Source: Paracoccus sp. N5
GTDB lineage: Bacteria; Pseudomonadota; Alphaproteobacteria; Rhodobacterales; Rhodobacteraceae
NCBI RefSeq assembly: GCF_000371965.1
Contig: NZ_AQUO01000001.1
Coordinates: 1,359,331-1,391,330, forward strand
Direction: 5' to 3'
Length of the DNA: 32,000 nt
Each line of letters opens with the position of its first letter. Position 1 is the stretch's first letter. Shown here piece by piece: positions 1 to 10,329 of the stretch. The notes below the pieces were generated by a model. The model worked only from the letters and a program-made list of their open reading frames with translations. It did no database searches and was not told where the DNA came from. Both the position numbers and the translations under genes were made by a program.

Positions 1-149
1 ACCCGCAGCAGCACGAGGCGATGTTCGAGGCGCCGGTTCCCGGCACGGTGGCGGGCAGCATCATCCAGGTCATGGACAATGGCTTCATGCTGCATGATCG
101 GCTTTTGAGGCCGGCCAAGGTCGGGGTCAGTTCGACACCGGCAAGCTGA
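1..149 (+). CDS. grpE: GrpE-like nucleotide exchange factor, C-terminal fragment (5' end outside window)
   Basis: The frame ending at TGA 147-149 reads ..HEAMFEAPVPGTVAGSIIQVMDNGFMLHDRLLRPAKVGVSSTPAS*. This fits my recollection of the conserved GrpE C-terminus (..G.V..V...G..L.DR.LRPA.V.V). A strong terminator follows. Confidence 0.5.
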   Translation, partial: PQQHEAMFEAPVPGTVAGSIIQVMDNGFMLHDRLLRPAKVGVSSTPAS

Positions 150-163
150 GATCGCTGAAACAG

Positions 164-192
164 AAAAAACCCCGGATTTCTCCGGGGTTTTT
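164..192. terminator. Bidirectional intrinsic terminator between grpE-like gene and parB
   Basis: Stem CCCCGGA (170-176) / TCCGGGG (181-187) with loop TTTC. It is flanked by an A-run (164-169) and a T-run (188-192), so it can act on both convergent genes. Confidence 0.85.
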
Positions 193-234
193 GTTTATCT
201 TGTATTGGCTTTTCGCCAGAATACAAAATGTGGT

Positions 235-1110
235 TCAGTTGCCGGCCAGCACTTGGCACAGCCGATCCAGTTGATCCAGGTCGCGATAGGTGATGACCAG
301 CTGCCCGCCGTCGTTCCCGGCATGGTTGATCGCCACTTTCATCTTGAGATGCGCGGAAAGATCGCCCTCGAGCGCGCGGGTATCGGCATCCTTTTCCGGC
401 TTCACGGCCTTGGGTTTCGCAGGCGTGCCTTCGGCTTGGCGGCGAACGAGTTCCTCGGTCTCTCGCACCGAGAGGTTCTTCTCGATCACCTTGCGCGCCA
501 GTTCCACCGCATTCGGCGCGGTGATCAGGGCACGGGCGTGGCCCGCAGTCAGCTTGCCCTCCTTGAGCCACGCCTGCACCTGTTCGGGCAGGTTCAGCAA
601 GCGCAGCAGGTTGGCGATATGGCTCCGGCTCTTGTTCAGAGCTTCGCCCAGCTTTTCCTGGGTGTGGCCGAAACGGTCCATGAGCTGGCGATAAGAGGCC
701 GCCTCCTCGATCGCATTCAGGTCGGCGCGCTGGATATTCTCGACAATCGCCACCTCCAGCACCTCGGTATCGCTGAAGTCGCGCACGATGGCCGGAACCT
801 CATGCAGTTGCGCGATCTGCGCGGCCCGCCAGCGCCGCTCTCCGGCGACGATCTGGTAAAGGCCCTGATCGGTCGGATGCGGCCGCACGATCAGGGGTTG
901 CAGCATGCCCCGCGCCTTCAACGAATCCGCCAGTTCCTGCAAGGCCTCCGGCGCAAAGCTGCGCCGCGGCTGGTCGGGATTGGGCGTCAGCTGCTCGACC
1001 GGAATGACCTGCCGCGGCGCCGGTCGTTCCGACGGAATCAGATCGACATCCGCCATCAGCGCCGACAGGCCGCGACCAAGGCCGCGCTTTTCCAGTTTAT
1101 GATCGGACAT
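235..1110 (-). CDS. parB: Chromosome partitioning protein ParB
   Basis: Reads MSDHKLEKRGLGRGLSALM... with the ParB box IVAGERRWRAAQIA. I place the start at ATG 1110, 8 nt downstream of the parA stop. The 427-aa track ORF (to 1518) runs out of frame through parA. Confidence 0.93.
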   Translation of the reverse strand: MSDHKLEKRGLGRGLSALMADVDLIPSERPAPRQVIPVEQLTPNPDQPRRSFAPEALQELADSLKARGMLQPLIVRPHPTDQGLYQIVAGERRWRAAQIAQLHEVPAIVRDFSDTEVLEVAIVENIQRADLNAIEEAASYRQLMDRFGHTQEKLGEALNKSRSHIANLLRLLNLPEQVQAWLKEGKLTAGHARALITAPNAVELARKVIEKNLSVRETEELVRRQAEGTPAKPKAVKPEKDADTRALEGDLSAHLKMKVAINHAGNDGGQLVITYRDLDQLDRLCQVLAGN

Positions 1111-1118
1111 GATCCCCC

Positions 1119-1895
1119 CTAGGCCGTGGCGAGTTGACGAGACAGAAATTCCTTGGCGAGTTCGCGATAGGCGGCGCTGCCCTTGGAATGCGGATCGTAT
1201 TGCAAGACCGGCATGGCATGCGACGGCGCCTCGGACAGGCGCACGTTCCGCGGGATGACGGTCTTGTAGACCAGGCCGGACAATGTGCTGCGGGCGTCCG
1301 CCTCGACCTGCTGCGAGAGGTTGTTGCGACTGTCTGACATGGTCAGCAAGATGCCCTCGATCCGCAGATCGGGATTGGCCGCTTGCCTGACTTCGCGCAC
1401 AGTCATCAACAGCTGCGAGAGACCCTCCAATGCATAGAACTCGGCCTGAAGGGGCACCAACACGCTGTCGGCGGCCACCATGGCGTTCACGGTCAGCAGA
1501 CCCAGTGCCGGCGGGCAATCAATAAGAATGTAATCGAATCCAGTGGCTTGCGACAGTTTGCGACGCAAAAGCTGGGTGCGGCCCGGGCGGCTGGAAAGCT
1601 GGAAATCGGCCGAGGCGAGATCATGGTTCGACGGCACGATACGCAGATTGTTGATATCCGTGTCCTGCAGCGTCTGCGCCAGATCCTGCTCGCCGGACAG
1701 CAGATCATAGGCATTGGTCTGGCGCTCTTCCAATGGAACGCCGAGACCGGTAGAGGCATTTCCTTGCGGGTCAAGGTCGATGATAATCACCCTTTGGCCC
1801 TGCTCGGCCAAGGCAGCCCCCAGGTTGATCGCGGTGGTGGTCTTGCCGACCCCACCCTTCTGGTTTGCCACCGCGACGATGCGAGCTTCAGACAT
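1119..1895 (-). CDS. parA: Chromosome partitioning ATPase ParA
   Basis: [21 protein letters not shown] is the deviant Walker A. Start chosen at ATG 1895 (alternative 1928). It overlaps the rsmG stop by 8 nt. Confidence 0.93.
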   Translation of the reverse strand: MSEARIVAVANQKGGVGKTTTAINLGAALAEQGQRVIIIDLDPQGNASTGLGVPLEERQTNAYDLLSGEQDLAQTLQDTDINNLRIVPSNHDLASADFQLSSRPGRTQLLRRKLSQATGFDYILIDCPPALGLLTVNAMVAADSVLVPLQAEFYALEGLSQLLMTVREVRQAANPDLRIEGILLTMSDSRNNLSQQVEADARSTLSGLVYKTVIPRNVRLSEAPSHAMPVLQYDPHSKGSAAYRELAKEFLSRQLATA

Positions 1896-2469
1896 GGCGG
1901 ATTCCCGTGATCTCCAGAATGGCAGCATCTGGATCAGTGCTGCTTTGATGCGCCTTCATGTCGAAACTCCAGGCTTGACGAGCTTCAGCGACTTCCTTCT
2001 GCCAATTCCGGCCCTTCATCAGCCAAGCCGTCCCCTGTGGCAAAAGATGCCGATCCACATATGCCATGAGCTGGGGCAGCGGGGCAAGCGCCCGCGCACT
2101 GATATTCGCGGCATTCTGCCCGTCAGTCACTTCGATGCGCTGACAAATCACGTCAGCATGCCCAAGCGCCAGTTCTCGAATCGCGTTGCGCAGAAATGCC
2201 GCTTTTCGGCGGTCGCTTTCAAGCAGCCGCACCGGACTCTCGGGATGTGCAATGGCAAGGACCAAGCCTGGCAGGCCGCCACCAGACCCGAGATCCAGCC
2301 AGAGGCCATCCGTCGGTCGCGAAAGGCGCGCGAGTTGAAGCGCATCGGCGATGTGTCTGGATTCGAGCTGATCCACCGTGCTCGGCGCGATCAGATTGAT
2401 AGCCGGATTCCACTTTCTGAGCAGTCCCGCGAACGCCTCAAGGCGCTCTGTTTCACGTGAAACAGTCAT
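1888..2469 (-). CDS. rsmG: 16S rRNA (guanine527-N7)-methyltransferase RsmG (GidB)
   Basis: 193 aa with [18 protein letters not shown]-binding motif. Conserved gidA-gidB-parA-parB order, and an ATGA overlap with the mnmG stop. Confidence 0.9.
   Translation of the reverse strand: MTVSRETERLEAFAGLLRKWNPAINLIAPSTVDQLESRHIADALQLARLSRPTDGLWLDLGSGGGLPGLVLAIAHPESPVRLLESDRRKAAFLRNAIRELALGHADVICQRIEVTDGQNAANISARALAPLPQLMAYVDRHLLPQGTAWLMKGRNWQKEVAEARQAWSFDMKAHQSSTDPDAAILEITGIRHV
2449..2464. other. parS: parS centromere-like site (perfect 16-bp palindrome)
   Basis: TGTTTCACGTGAAACA matches the canonical ParB-binding consensus exactly. It lies inside codons 2-7 of rsmG (TVSRET). Confidence 0.85.
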
Positions 2470-4325
2470 GCACTGCGCCGCTGCTCGGCCCGAACGAGCG
2501 CTAGAATGAGCGTCAAGGCGGCGGGCGTCATCCCCTCGATATGTCCCGCTGCCGCTAAGGTTTGCGGGCGGAAAAGTTGCAGCTTCGCCTTGAGTTCGTT
2601 GGAAAGCCCAGAAATCGCGGCATAGTCGAAATTCTCCGGGATGCGCACGGCTTCCTCCTTGCGAAGCATCTCTGCGTCACGTTCCTGCCGCTGCGTATAT
2701 TGCTGATACAGCGCGTCGGTTGCCAATTGCATGAGGATGCTCCGGTCTTCGCGCGCAAGCTGTTCATCCAGCTGCATAACCTGCTCTGTCGAAAACTCCT
2801 GCTGCGCGAGCAAGGCAAACACACTGCGCCGGGCTCCATCACGCCGAACCTCCAGGCCCAACCGCGCCAATTCGGTGGGCGTGAAGCTGACAGCTTCGGC
2901 ACGGGTTCGCGCCGCAGAATACCGCCGCATCTTTTCGGTGAAGGCGTCGCGTCGGACCTGTCCGACGCAGCCGATCTCCAGTCCCAACGGCGTAAGGCGC
3001 TGGTCGGCATTATCCGCGCGCAGGGAAAGTCTGAACTCGGCCCGGGACGTAAACATGCGATAGGGTTCGCTGACCCCGCGTGTCACCAGATCGTCGATCA
3101 TGACGCCGATGTAGCTTTGCGAACGACTGAAGACCTGGGCCGGCCGGCCTTGCGCAAGCAGGGCCGCATTCAATCCGGCGACGAGCCCCTGTGCCGCGGC
3201 TTCCTCATATCCCGTCGTACCGTTGATCTGTCCTGCCAAGAACAGACCGGCCAGCGATCTGACTTGCAAACTCGGCGTCAAGGCGCGGGGGTCGACATAG
3301 TCATATTCGACGGCATAACCGGGCTGCGCGATGACTGCGTCCTCAAGCCCCCGAATGGAGCGGACATAAGCCAGCTGGACTTCCTCAGGCAACGAGGTCG
3401 AAATGCCGTTGGGATAGACGAGGTGACTGTCCAAGCCCTCAGGCTCCAGAAAAATCTGGTGAGATTCCTTGTCGGCGAAGCGGACGACCTTATCCTCGAT
3501 TGAAGGGCAATAGCGCGGCCCAACCCCGTCGATGCGGCCGCCATACATCGCAGAGCGGCTCAGATTATCCTGTATGATCCGGTGCGTCCCGGCGTTGGTA
3601 TGGGTAATCGAGCAACTGATCTGCCGCACTTGCGGGCCGCTGTTCAAATAGGAGAATACGACCGGCTCTTCGTCCCCGGGCTGCTGCTCGAGAATATCCC
3701 AGTCGATGCTGTGCCGTTCGAGCCTTGGTGGCGTGCCAGTCTTCAGGCGCCCCAAAGGCAAATTCAGCGGGCGAAGCGAGGCGGCAAGGGATTGCGAAGC
3801 CGGATCGCCCCAGCGGCCTGCTTGGCGCGTTACATCGCCGATATGGATGAGCCCATTCAGGAATGTTCCTGTCGTCAGCACCACTTGCCGGGCGGCGAGT
3901 TCTCTGCCGTCGGCCAGCCGGACACCGTGAATCTGCCCTTTCTCATGCAGCAACTCGGCCACCTCGCCCGTGACAAGCGAAAGATTGGGCTGCGAGATCA
4001 CAACCGCCTGGGCGGCAGAACGGTAAAGTTGGCGATCCGCCTGAGCGCGCGGGCCTTGCACCGCCGGCCCCTTGCGGCGGTTCAGCAAGCGAAACTGGAT
4101 CCCGGCAGCATCAGCCAGTCGGCCCATGACGCCGTCCAGCGCGTCCACTTCACGCACCAGATGGCCCTTGCCCAGACCGCCGATCGCCGGATTGCAAGAC
4201 ATCGTGCCAAGGTCTTCCAGGCGCAGCGTAACCAGCGCCGTCTCCGCGCCCATGCGGGCCGAAGCCATTGCCGCCTCGACCCCGGCATGGCCGCCACCAA
4301 TTACTACGACATCGAATTGTTTCAC
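2466..4325 (-). CDS. mnmG: tRNA uridine 5-carboxymethylaminomethyl modification enzyme MnmG (GidA)
   Basis: 619 aa with N-terminal FAD fold [15 protein letters not shown] and GidA-family length. GTG start at 4325. Confidence 0.95.
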   Translation of the reverse strand: MKQFDVVVIGGGHAGVEAAMASARMGAETALVTLRLEDLGTMSCNPAIGGLGKGHLVREVDALDGVMGRLADAAGIQFRLLNRRKGPAVQGPRAQADRQLYRSAAQAVVISQPNLSLVTGEVAELLHEKGQIHGVRLADGRELAARQVVLTTGTFLNGLIHIGDVTRQAGRWGDPASQSLAASLRPLNLPLGRLKTGTPPRLERHSIDWDILEQQPGDEEPVVFSYLNSGPQVRQISCSITHTNAGTHRIIQDNLSRSAMYGGRIDGVGPRYCPSIEDKVVRFADKESHQIFLEPEGLDSHLVYPNGISTSLPEEVQLAYVRSIRGLEDAVIAQPGYAVEYDYVDPRALTPSLQVRSLAGLFLAGQINGTTGYEEAAAQGLVAGLNAALLAQGRPAQVFSRSQSYIGVMIDDLVTRGVSEPYRMFTSRAEFRLSLRADNADQRLTPLGLEIGCVGQVRRDAFTEKMRRYSAARTRAEAVSFTPTELARLGLEVRRDGARRSVFALLAQQEFSTEQVMQLDEQLAREDRSILMQLATDALYQQYTQRQERDAEMLRKEEAVRIPENFDYAAISGLSNELKAKLQLFRPQTLAAAGHIEGMTPAALTLILALVRAEQRRSA

Positions 4326-4334
4326 GTGAAACCC
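4319..4334. other. parS: parS-like site (15 of 16 match)
   Basis: TGTTTCACGTGAAACC. It covers the GTG start codon of mnmG (4323-4325) and touches the mnmE stop codon (4334-4336). Confidence 0.7.
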
Positions 4335-5590
4335 TACTTTCCGATGCAGAACGAGCTGAAGATCTCGTCCAGATAATCTTCCGCGCCGATCCGGCCAATC
4401 ATCGCCGCCAGGGCTTGAATGGCCTGCCGAAGCGATTCGGCAACGAACTCAGGCGACCGCATGGGCAGCTGAAGCGCATCAAGAGCGCGCTCCAGCGCTT
4501 CCGCCTGACGTTTGTGACTGATCAAGCCGGAATCAGCCGCCCGGATTCGCAACCGATCATAAACTAGGTCGAGAAGTTCTGCGACCCCTTCCCCGGTCAC
4601 TGCAGAGATTGACAGCCCCTCAGCCCGTGAAAGATCGCTCTTTGAGCGCACCACAAGGTCATCCGGCCCCAAAATTTCGCTCGTCATTCCTTCCGGCGAA
4701 AGATGGATGCGCAGGTCCGCGGCCTCGGCGCGGGCTCTGGCACGGGAAATGCCCATGGCCTCGATGACATCCTGGCTTTCGCGCAGCCCGGCCGTATCCA
4801 GAAATGTGACCGGCAGGCCGCGAAGGTCGGTGCGCAGTTCAAGAATATCGCGCGTCGTTCCAGCAATATCCGACACCAGCGCGACGTCTCTCTGCCCGAT
4901 CCGGTTGAGCAGCGTCGATTTCCCGGCATTCGGAGGCCCGATGATCGCCACTTCATATCCTTGCCGCAAGCGCTCGGTTGCGGGATAGCGAGCCAGCATC
5001 TGCCGGATTTCCGTCTGGACCGCCTCGACGATTTGAAACACCTCGTCGGGAATGTCGTCCGGAACCTCCTCATCGGCAAAGTCGATGCTGGCCTCGACCA
5101 GGGCGCCGGCGCGGATCAAGCTGGCTCGCAGGCTATCCGCCTTTTTGCTCAGCTCGCCCTCGGTGGCGCGCATGGCCAAGCGGCGTTGCGCCTCGGTTTC
5201 GGCAGAAAGCAAGTCCGCCAGACCTTCGGCCTCGGCCAGATCCATCCGTCCGTTCAGGAAGGCCCGCCGGGTGAACTCGCCGGGGTCGGCGCGCCGAAGG
5301 CCGCGTTGCAACAGGGCCTCGGTCAATCGGTTCGCAATGACCGGCGCGCCATGCAGATGCAGTTCCGCGACCTCTTCACCGGTGAAGCTGTGGCCTTCCG
5401 CAAACCAGATCACCAAGGCGCGGTCGATCAGATCGTCCCCGTCCCGCAATGGCCGTAAAACGGCCAGGCGCGGTTGCGCCAGCGGACCGGCAAGCGATTC
5501 CACCGCGGATCGCGCCTGCGGACCGCTCAGACGAACAACGGAAACGCCCCCCCGGCCGGGAGGCGTCGCCTCGGCAAAGATCGTGTCCAC
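4334..5590 (-). CDS. mnmE: tRNA modification GTPase MnmE (TrmE)
   Basis: 418 aa with G1 motif [16 protein letters not shown], and the C-terminal CIGK typical of MnmE. GTG start. Confidence 0.93.
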   Translation of the reverse strand: MDTIFAEATPPGRGGVSVVRLSGPQARSAVESLAGPLAQPRLAVLRPLRDGDDLIDRALVIWFAEGHSFTGEEVAELHLHGAPVIANRLTEALLQRGLRRADPGEFTRRAFLNGRMDLAEAEGLADLLSAETEAQRRLAMRATEGELSKKADSLRASLIRAGALVEASIDFADEEVPDDIPDEVFQIVEAVQTEIRQMLARYPATERLRQGYEVAIIGPPNAGKSTLLNRIGQRDVALVSDIAGTTRDILELRTDLRGLPVTFLDTAGLRESQDVIEAMGISRARARAEAADLRIHLSPEGMTSEILGPDDLVVRSKSDLSRAEGLSISAVTGEGVAELLDLVYDRLRIRAADSGLISHKRQAEALERALDALQLPMRSPEFVAESLRQAIQALAAMIGRIGAEDYLDEIFSSFCIGK

Positions 5591-5606
5591 CGCATCCTCC
5601 GCGCCG

Positions 5607-6878
5607 TCAGGCGTTCATCGAATCGAAGAATTCGCTGTTGGTCTTGGTCTGCTTCAGCTTCGAGATCAGGAACTCGATCGCATCCGTGGTGCCCATCGGG
5701 TTCAGGATGCGGCGCAGCAGGTAGGTCTTCTGCAAGTCCTTGGAATCGACCAGAAGTTCCTCTTTCCGGGTGCCGGATTTCAGGATGTCCATGGCCGGGA
5801 ACACGCGCTTGTCGGCGACCTTGCGGTCCAGCACGATCTCGCTGTTGCCGGTGCCCTTGAATTCCTCGAAGATCACCTCGTCCATGCGCGAGCCGGTGTC
5901 GATCAGCGCCGTGGCAATGATGGTCAGCGAGCCGCCTTCCTCGATATTCCGCGCCGCGCCGAAGAACCGCTTCGGACGCTGCAAGGCGTTGGCATCGACA
6001 CCACCAGTTAGCACCTTGCCCGAGCTCGGCACCACGGTATTGAAGGCCCTACCAAGCCTGGTGATCGAATCAAGCAGGATCACCACATCTCGCTTGTGCT
6101 CGACCAGGCGCTTGGCCTTTTCGATCACCATCTCGGACACGGCGACGTGCCGGCTGGCCGGTTCGTCGAAGGTCGAGGAAACCACCTCGCCCTTGACCGA
6201 GCGCTGCATGTCGGTCACTTCTTCCGGCCGCTCGTCGATCAGCAGCACGATCAGATAGCACTCCGGATGGTTGTTGGCGATCGAATGCGCGATGTTCTGC
6301 AGCAGCACGGTCTTGCCGGTCCGCGGCGGCGCCACGATCAGCGAGCGCTGGCCCTTGCCGATCGGCGCCACCAGGTCGATGATCCGGGCCGAGCGATCCT
6401 TGATCGTCGGATCCTCGATTTCCATCTTCAGACGCTCGTTCGGATAAAGCGGCGTCAGGTTGTCGAAGGCGACCTTGTGGCGCGCCTTTTCCGGATCCTC
6501 GAAATTGATCCGCTCGACCTTGGTCAGGGCGAAGTAGCGCTCGTTCTCGCCCGGCGCGCGGATCACGCCCTCGACAGTGTCGCCGGTGCGCAGCGCGTGC
6601 TGGCGGATCATGTCGGGGCTGACATAGATGTCGTCGGGACCAGGCAGATAGTTCGCCTCGGTCGAGCGCAGGAAGCCGAAACCGTCCTGCACCACTTCCA
6701 GGACGCCGTCGCCGCCGATGTCGTAACCTTCTTCGGCATGCTCCTTGAGGATCGAGAACATCATCTCGCCCTTGCGCATGGTCGAGGCGTTCTCGATCTC
6801 CCATTCCTCGGCCATCGACAGCAGGTCGGCCGGGCTCTTGGCCTTGAGATCGGACAGGTTAAGACGTTCTTCGGTCAT
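5607..6878 (-). CDS. rho: Transcription termination factor Rho
   Basis: 423 aa with Walker [13 protein letters not shown], an N-terminal Rho RNA-binding region, and a conserved C-terminus. Confidence 0.96.
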   Translation of the reverse strand: MTEERLNLSDLKAKSPADLLSMAEEWEIENASTMRKGEMMFSILKEHAEEGYDIGGDGVLEVVQDGFGFLRSTEANYLPGPDDIYVSPDMIRQHALRTGDTVEGVIRAPGENERYFALTKVERINFEDPEKARHKVAFDNLTPLYPNERLKMEIEDPTIKDRSARIIDLVAPIGKGQRSLIVAPPRTGKTVLLQNIAHSIANNHPECYLIVLLIDERPEEVTDMQRSVKGEVVSSTFDEPASRHVAVSEMVIEKAKRLVEHKRDVVILLDSITRLGRAFNTVVPSSGKVLTGGVDANALQRPKRFFGAARNIEEGGSLTIIATALIDTGSRMDEVIFEEFKGTGNSEIVLDRKVADKRVFPAMDILKSGTRKEELLVDSKDLQKTYLLRRILNPMGTTDAIEFLISKLKQTKTNSEFFDSMNA

Positions 6879-6999
6879 GTCTCGCCTATGCGCGCAAGCG
6901 CCGGCATCGAGCCGGCCGCGCGAAAAACTGTGTCTGGAAAGATTCCGCCGGACGGCGGACAGCGCTCACATAGGCAGAATGCGGCCGCGAGTCAATTCT

Positions 7000-7446
7000 T
7001 CAGAACTTCACGATCACCGAGAGCACGATCAGCGCCATCAGCAGCGTCGGCACCTCGTTCATCATCCGGTAGCGGCGCCCGCTCAGCCCGCGCCCGGACA
7101 GCAGCGCCTTGCGCTGCCCGGCCAGCCACATGTGAAACCAGGTCATGCCCAGCACGCCCGCCGCCTTGGTCCAGGGCCAGACCATGCTCCAATCCACGAT
7201 GCCGGGCGTCATGACCAGCGCCAGCCCGGCCAGCCAACTGACCACCATGGCCGGGTTCATGATCATCCGCAGCAGCTTCTGCTCCATGATCGTGAAGGAT
7301 TGCGCTGGCTCTGCGCCGTTCTGGCCGCGTTCCGCATGATAGACGAAGAGCCTGGGCAGGTAGAACAGCCCGGCCATCCAGGAAATCACCGCCATGACAT
7401 GCAGCGCCTTCACCCAAGGGTAAGCGAGGGACAGGAAATCGGTCAT
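7000..7446 (-). CDS. hemJ: Protoporphyrinogen IX oxidase HemJ family membrane protein (UPF0093/CopD-like)
   Basis: 148 aa, multi-TM, with the motif KALHVMAVISWMAGLFYLPRLFVYHA. Strong SD GGAGGTG upstream of ATG 7446. Confidence 0.8.
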   Translation of the reverse strand: MTDFLSLAYPWVKALHVMAVISWMAGLFYLPRLFVYHAERGQNGAEPAQSFTIMEQKLLRMIMNPAMVVSWLAGLALVMTPGIVDWSMVWPWTKAAGVLGMTWFHMWLAGQRKALLSGRGLSGRRYRMMNEVPTLLMALIVLSVIVKF

Positions 7447-7854
7447 CGGGCACCTCCGGGGCCATCTCCTCTAACAAAAAAGAAAGAAGATAAAGAAAGA
7501 TGATGTTGTTGTTGGGCCTGTGGATGACGGGATTGCGCTGTTCCACGGCAGATCTCCCCAGCCGCAGCCGCTTGGGGAGAAAAATCCCGTTAACCTTTCG
7601 TTAAGGAATTATATAATTAAAATCAAAGCATTGCGGCAAAGACCTCTGTGGATAAGTTTGTGAAAGATTTTCTTGTCCACAGGCTGTTGACGGCGATCCG
7701 GCGGTTTTCGACATGGGGACAAACCCGTTTCGTTCACGCGGGCCGCGGCGGGGTCATGCACAGGCCGGCGCGGCAGGCCGGATCTCCACAATCCATGCCG
7801 GGTGAGTCGGGGCAGCTTATCCACAGGGTTATGCCGGACGGCCCGCGCGGGCCT
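7447..7854. other. oriC: Candidate chromosomal replication origin (oriC)
   Basis: 408-bp non-coding region. Perfect DnaA boxes TTATCCACA lie at 7647-7655 (reverse) and 7817-7825. One-mismatch boxes lie at 7519-7527 (reverse, TCATCCACA) and 7673-7681 (TTGTCCACA). A two-mismatch box lies at 7782-7790. AT-rich tracts sit at about 7472-7515 and 7601-7628, including the 12-bp palindrome AATTATATAATT at 7607-7618. The position next to the rho-mnmE-gidAB-parAB block is typical of alphaproteobacterial origins. Confidence 0.7.
7590..7604. promoter_or_regulatory. CtrA-type binding motif TTAA-N7-TTAA inside the origin candidate
   Basis: TTAA (7590-7593), CCTTTCG (7 nt), TTAA (7601-7604). This is an exact match to the spacing rule of the CtrA box known from Caulobacter Cori. 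Confidence 0.45.
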
Positions 7855-8877
7855 TTACTTCAGCAGGCCGGTCTCGCGGTAATAGCGCGTGGCGCCGGGA
7901 TGCAGCGGGATGCCGATGCCCTGCAACGCGCGGTCGGGCGCGATGTCGCGCCCCCGGGCATGGCCGGTGTCCAGCAGCCGGCGGCTGCGCGCGCTCCACA
8001 GCGCCCGGGTGATGTCGTGGATCAGCGCCTCGGGCTGGTCGGCCGAGGTGATCCATTGCGCGCCGACGCTGATCGTCGCGACTTCGGCCTCCTGTCCGTC
8101 ATAGGTGCCGGCGGGGATCGTGGCGCGGGCCAGGAAACCGTGCTCCTCCATCAGTTTCTGGGCCAGCGCGCCGTCGATGGGCAGGATGCGGACCGGTTGC
8201 TGGCTGGCGAGCTCCGCGATGGCGCCGGCCGGATAGCCGCCGACGAAGAACAGCGCGTCAAGCTGGCCCTGCTGCATCGCCGCGCCGGCCTTGTCCAGCG
8301 TCAGGTAGAGGGGCGAAATGTCCCGTTCGGACAGCCCGGCCCCGGCCAGGATGGCCCGCGCGTCGACCAGCGTGCCCGAGCCGGGCTCGTCCAGCGACAC
8401 CCGCTTGCCGCGCAGGTCGGCGACCGATTCGATCTGTGCGCCGTCGCGCACGACCAGATGGATGGCCTCGGGATAAAGATTGGCGATGGCGCGCAGCTCG
8501 TCGGCCTTGGGCCTGTCCTGCCAGATCCCGCCGCCGGAATAGGCCCAGGCGGCAACATCGCCCTGGACGAAGCCCGATTCCAGCGCACCGTCCTGCACCG
8601 CCTCGGCATTCGCCACCGATCCGGTCGAGGCCAGGGCCGAGGCGACCAGCCCCGGCACGCCGCATTCGCCCGGCTCGGCGCAGGCCCTTGCCCCCGGCGG
8701 CGCCGAAATCGCCTGGGCCAGCAATCCGCCGATGGGATAATAGGTGCCGGCCGTGCTGCCGGTGCCGATGCGAAAGAACGACGGCCCCGGATTGTCGGCC
8801 GCCTGCTGCGCCAGCGCGGTGCCGGCCAGAAGCAGCGCCAGCGCGGCGACGATTCCCAACCCTGTCCTGCGCCGCAT
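7855..8877 (-). CDS. TAXI-family TRAP transporter solute-binding protein
   Basis: Signal peptide MRRRTGLGIVAALALLLAGTALA, then FFRIGTGSTAGTYYPIGG, typical of TAXI receptors. Start set at ATG 8877 (SD AAGGA upstream) rather than 8910. Confidence 0.8.
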   Translation of the reverse strand: MRRRTGLGIVAALALLLAGTALAQQAADNPGPSFFRIGTGSTAGTYYPIGGLLAQAISAPPGARACAEPGECGVPGLVASALASTGSVANAEAVQDGALESGFVQGDVAAWAYSGGGIWQDRPKADELRAIANLYPEAIHLVVRDGAQIESVADLRGKRVSLDEPGSGTLVDARAILAGAGLSERDISPLYLTLDKAGAAMQQGQLDALFFVGGYPAGAIAELASQQPVRILPIDGALAQKLMEEHGFLARATIPAGTYDGQEAEVATISVGAQWITSADQPEALIHDITRALWSARSRRLLDTGHARGRDIAPDRALQGIGIPLHPGATRYYRETGLLK

Positions 8878-9090
8878 GGCCCGTCCTTTTCGCCCGGATC
8901 CCCGCGCCAAGCTTGCGCCGCGCCGCCGGGGCTGGCAACCCGGCCCGCCGGGGCTTTCGGGGGCCGCGCACGAAATCGCGCGCGGCGTGATCCGTTTCCG
9001 TCATCCATGCGTCGCATTTGATGAGCGCTGGCGGCGAAAACGGGTGCATTCCTCGGAACAGCACGTCCCCATAGCCAGCGGAATCAAGCC

Positions 9091-10329
9091 ATGCTGAACA
9101 CAGTCGAGATCCTGAACCAACTCGCCAACCGCCAGAAGAACTTCGCGCTGACCCGCGATCTTTACTGCGACGAGGGCGTTTTCCAGACCGACCTCGCGCA
9201 GATCTGGTACAAGGAATGGCTGTTCGCCGTTCCGGCCTGCGAGATTCCCAAGACCGGCAACTATGCCACCATGCAGGTCGGCGCCTATCCGGTGCTGATC
9301 GTGCGCGGCGGCGACGGCAAGGTGCGGGCCTTCCACAACGTCTGCCGCCACCGCGGCCAGCGCCTGTGCTCCAAGCCGAACGGCTCGACCCCGAAACTGG
9401 TCTGCCCCTATCACCAGTGGACCTACGAGCTGGACGGCAAGCTGCTCTATGCCCGCGACATGGGCGACGATTTCGACGCCTCGAAATTCGGGCTGAAGCC
9501 GGTGCATTGCGTGGACCTGAACGGCATGGTCTTCATCTGCCTGGCCGAGGTGCCGCCCGCGATCGCCGATGTGGCCAAGCAGCTGATGAGCTATCTGGCG
9601 CCCAGTGCGCTGGCCGATGCCAAGGTGGCCCATTCCTCGACCATCATCGAGAACGGCAACTGGAAGCTGGTGATCGAGAACAACCGCGAATGCTATCACT
9701 GCGGCGGCAGCCACCCCTCGCTCTGCCGGACCTATTCCGACAACCCGCGCATGACCGCGATGGAGGGCCCCGACAGCGCCAGCCCCGACATCCTGGCGCA
9801 TTGGAAGCGCTGCGAAGAGGCCGGCCTGCCCTCGCGCTTCGTCAACCACCCCAAGATGCAATGGCGCCTGGCCCGCATCCCGCTGCTGAACAACGCCGAA
9901 AGCTACACCATGAGCACCAAGGCCGCGGTCAAGAAGCGCATGGGCAGCATGCCCTTCAACGACGCCGGCAGCCTGCTGTTCTTCCATTATCCGAACACTT
10001 GGAACCACTTCCTGGCCGACCATGCCATCGTCTTCCGCGTGCTGCCGATCAGCCCGACCGAAACCCAGGTCACCACGAACTGGCTGGTGCACAAGGACGC
10101 GGTCGAAGGCGTGGACTACAATATCGAGGATCTGACCACCGTCTGGATCAACACCAATGACGAGGACCGCCAGGTCGTCGAGGAAAACCAGAAGGGCATC
10201 CTGTCGCCGGCCTATGAGCCCGGCCCCTATTCCTCGATCCAGGAAGAGGGCGTGGTGCAGTTCATCGACTGGTATGCCGACACCATGATCGGCCGCCTGT
10301 CCCCCACCCCGGCGATGGCAGCGGAATAA
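9091..10329 (+). CDS. Rieske [2Fe-2S] non-heme iron oxygenase, alpha subunit (GbcA/Stc2-like demethylase/monooxygenase family)
   Basis: C-R-H-x17-C-P-Y-H Rieske motif (CRHRG...CPYHQW) and mononuclear iron region NNRECYHCGGSHP. 412 aa. Confidence 0.85.
   Translation: MLNTVEILNQLANRQKNFALTRDLYCDEGVFQTDLAQIWYKEWLFAVPACEIPKTGNYATMQVGAYPVLIVRGGDGKVRAFHNVCRHRGQRLCSKPNGSTPKLVCPYHQWTYELDGKLLYARDMGDDFDASKFGLKPVHCVDLNGMVFICLAEVPPAIADVAKQLMSYLAPSALADAKVAHSSTIIENGNWKLVIENNRECYHCGGSHPSLCRTYSDNPRMTAMEGPDSASPDILAHWKRCEEAGLPSRFVNHPKMQWRLARIPLLNNAESYTMSTKAAVKKRMGSMPFNDAGSLLFFHYPNTWNHFLADHAIVFRVLPISPTETQVTTNWLVHKDAVEGVDYNIEDLTTVWINTNDEDRQVVEENQKGILSPAYEPGPYSSIQEEGVVQFIDWYADTMIGRLSPTPAMAAE

Noticed and set aside
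235-1518. 427-aa extended version of ParB
   Set aside because: The N-terminal 136 residues overlap parA in another frame and look like shadow sequence. The conserved ParB N-terminus MSDHKLEKRGLGRGL starts at ATG 1110, right after the parA stop.
7553-7580. 8-bp inverted repeat TCTCCCCA...TGGGGAGA in the origin region, considered as a terminator
   Set aside because: No U-tract follows on either strand in the correct orientation for hemJ or the TAXI gene. It is more likely a structural feature of the origin, or fortuitous.
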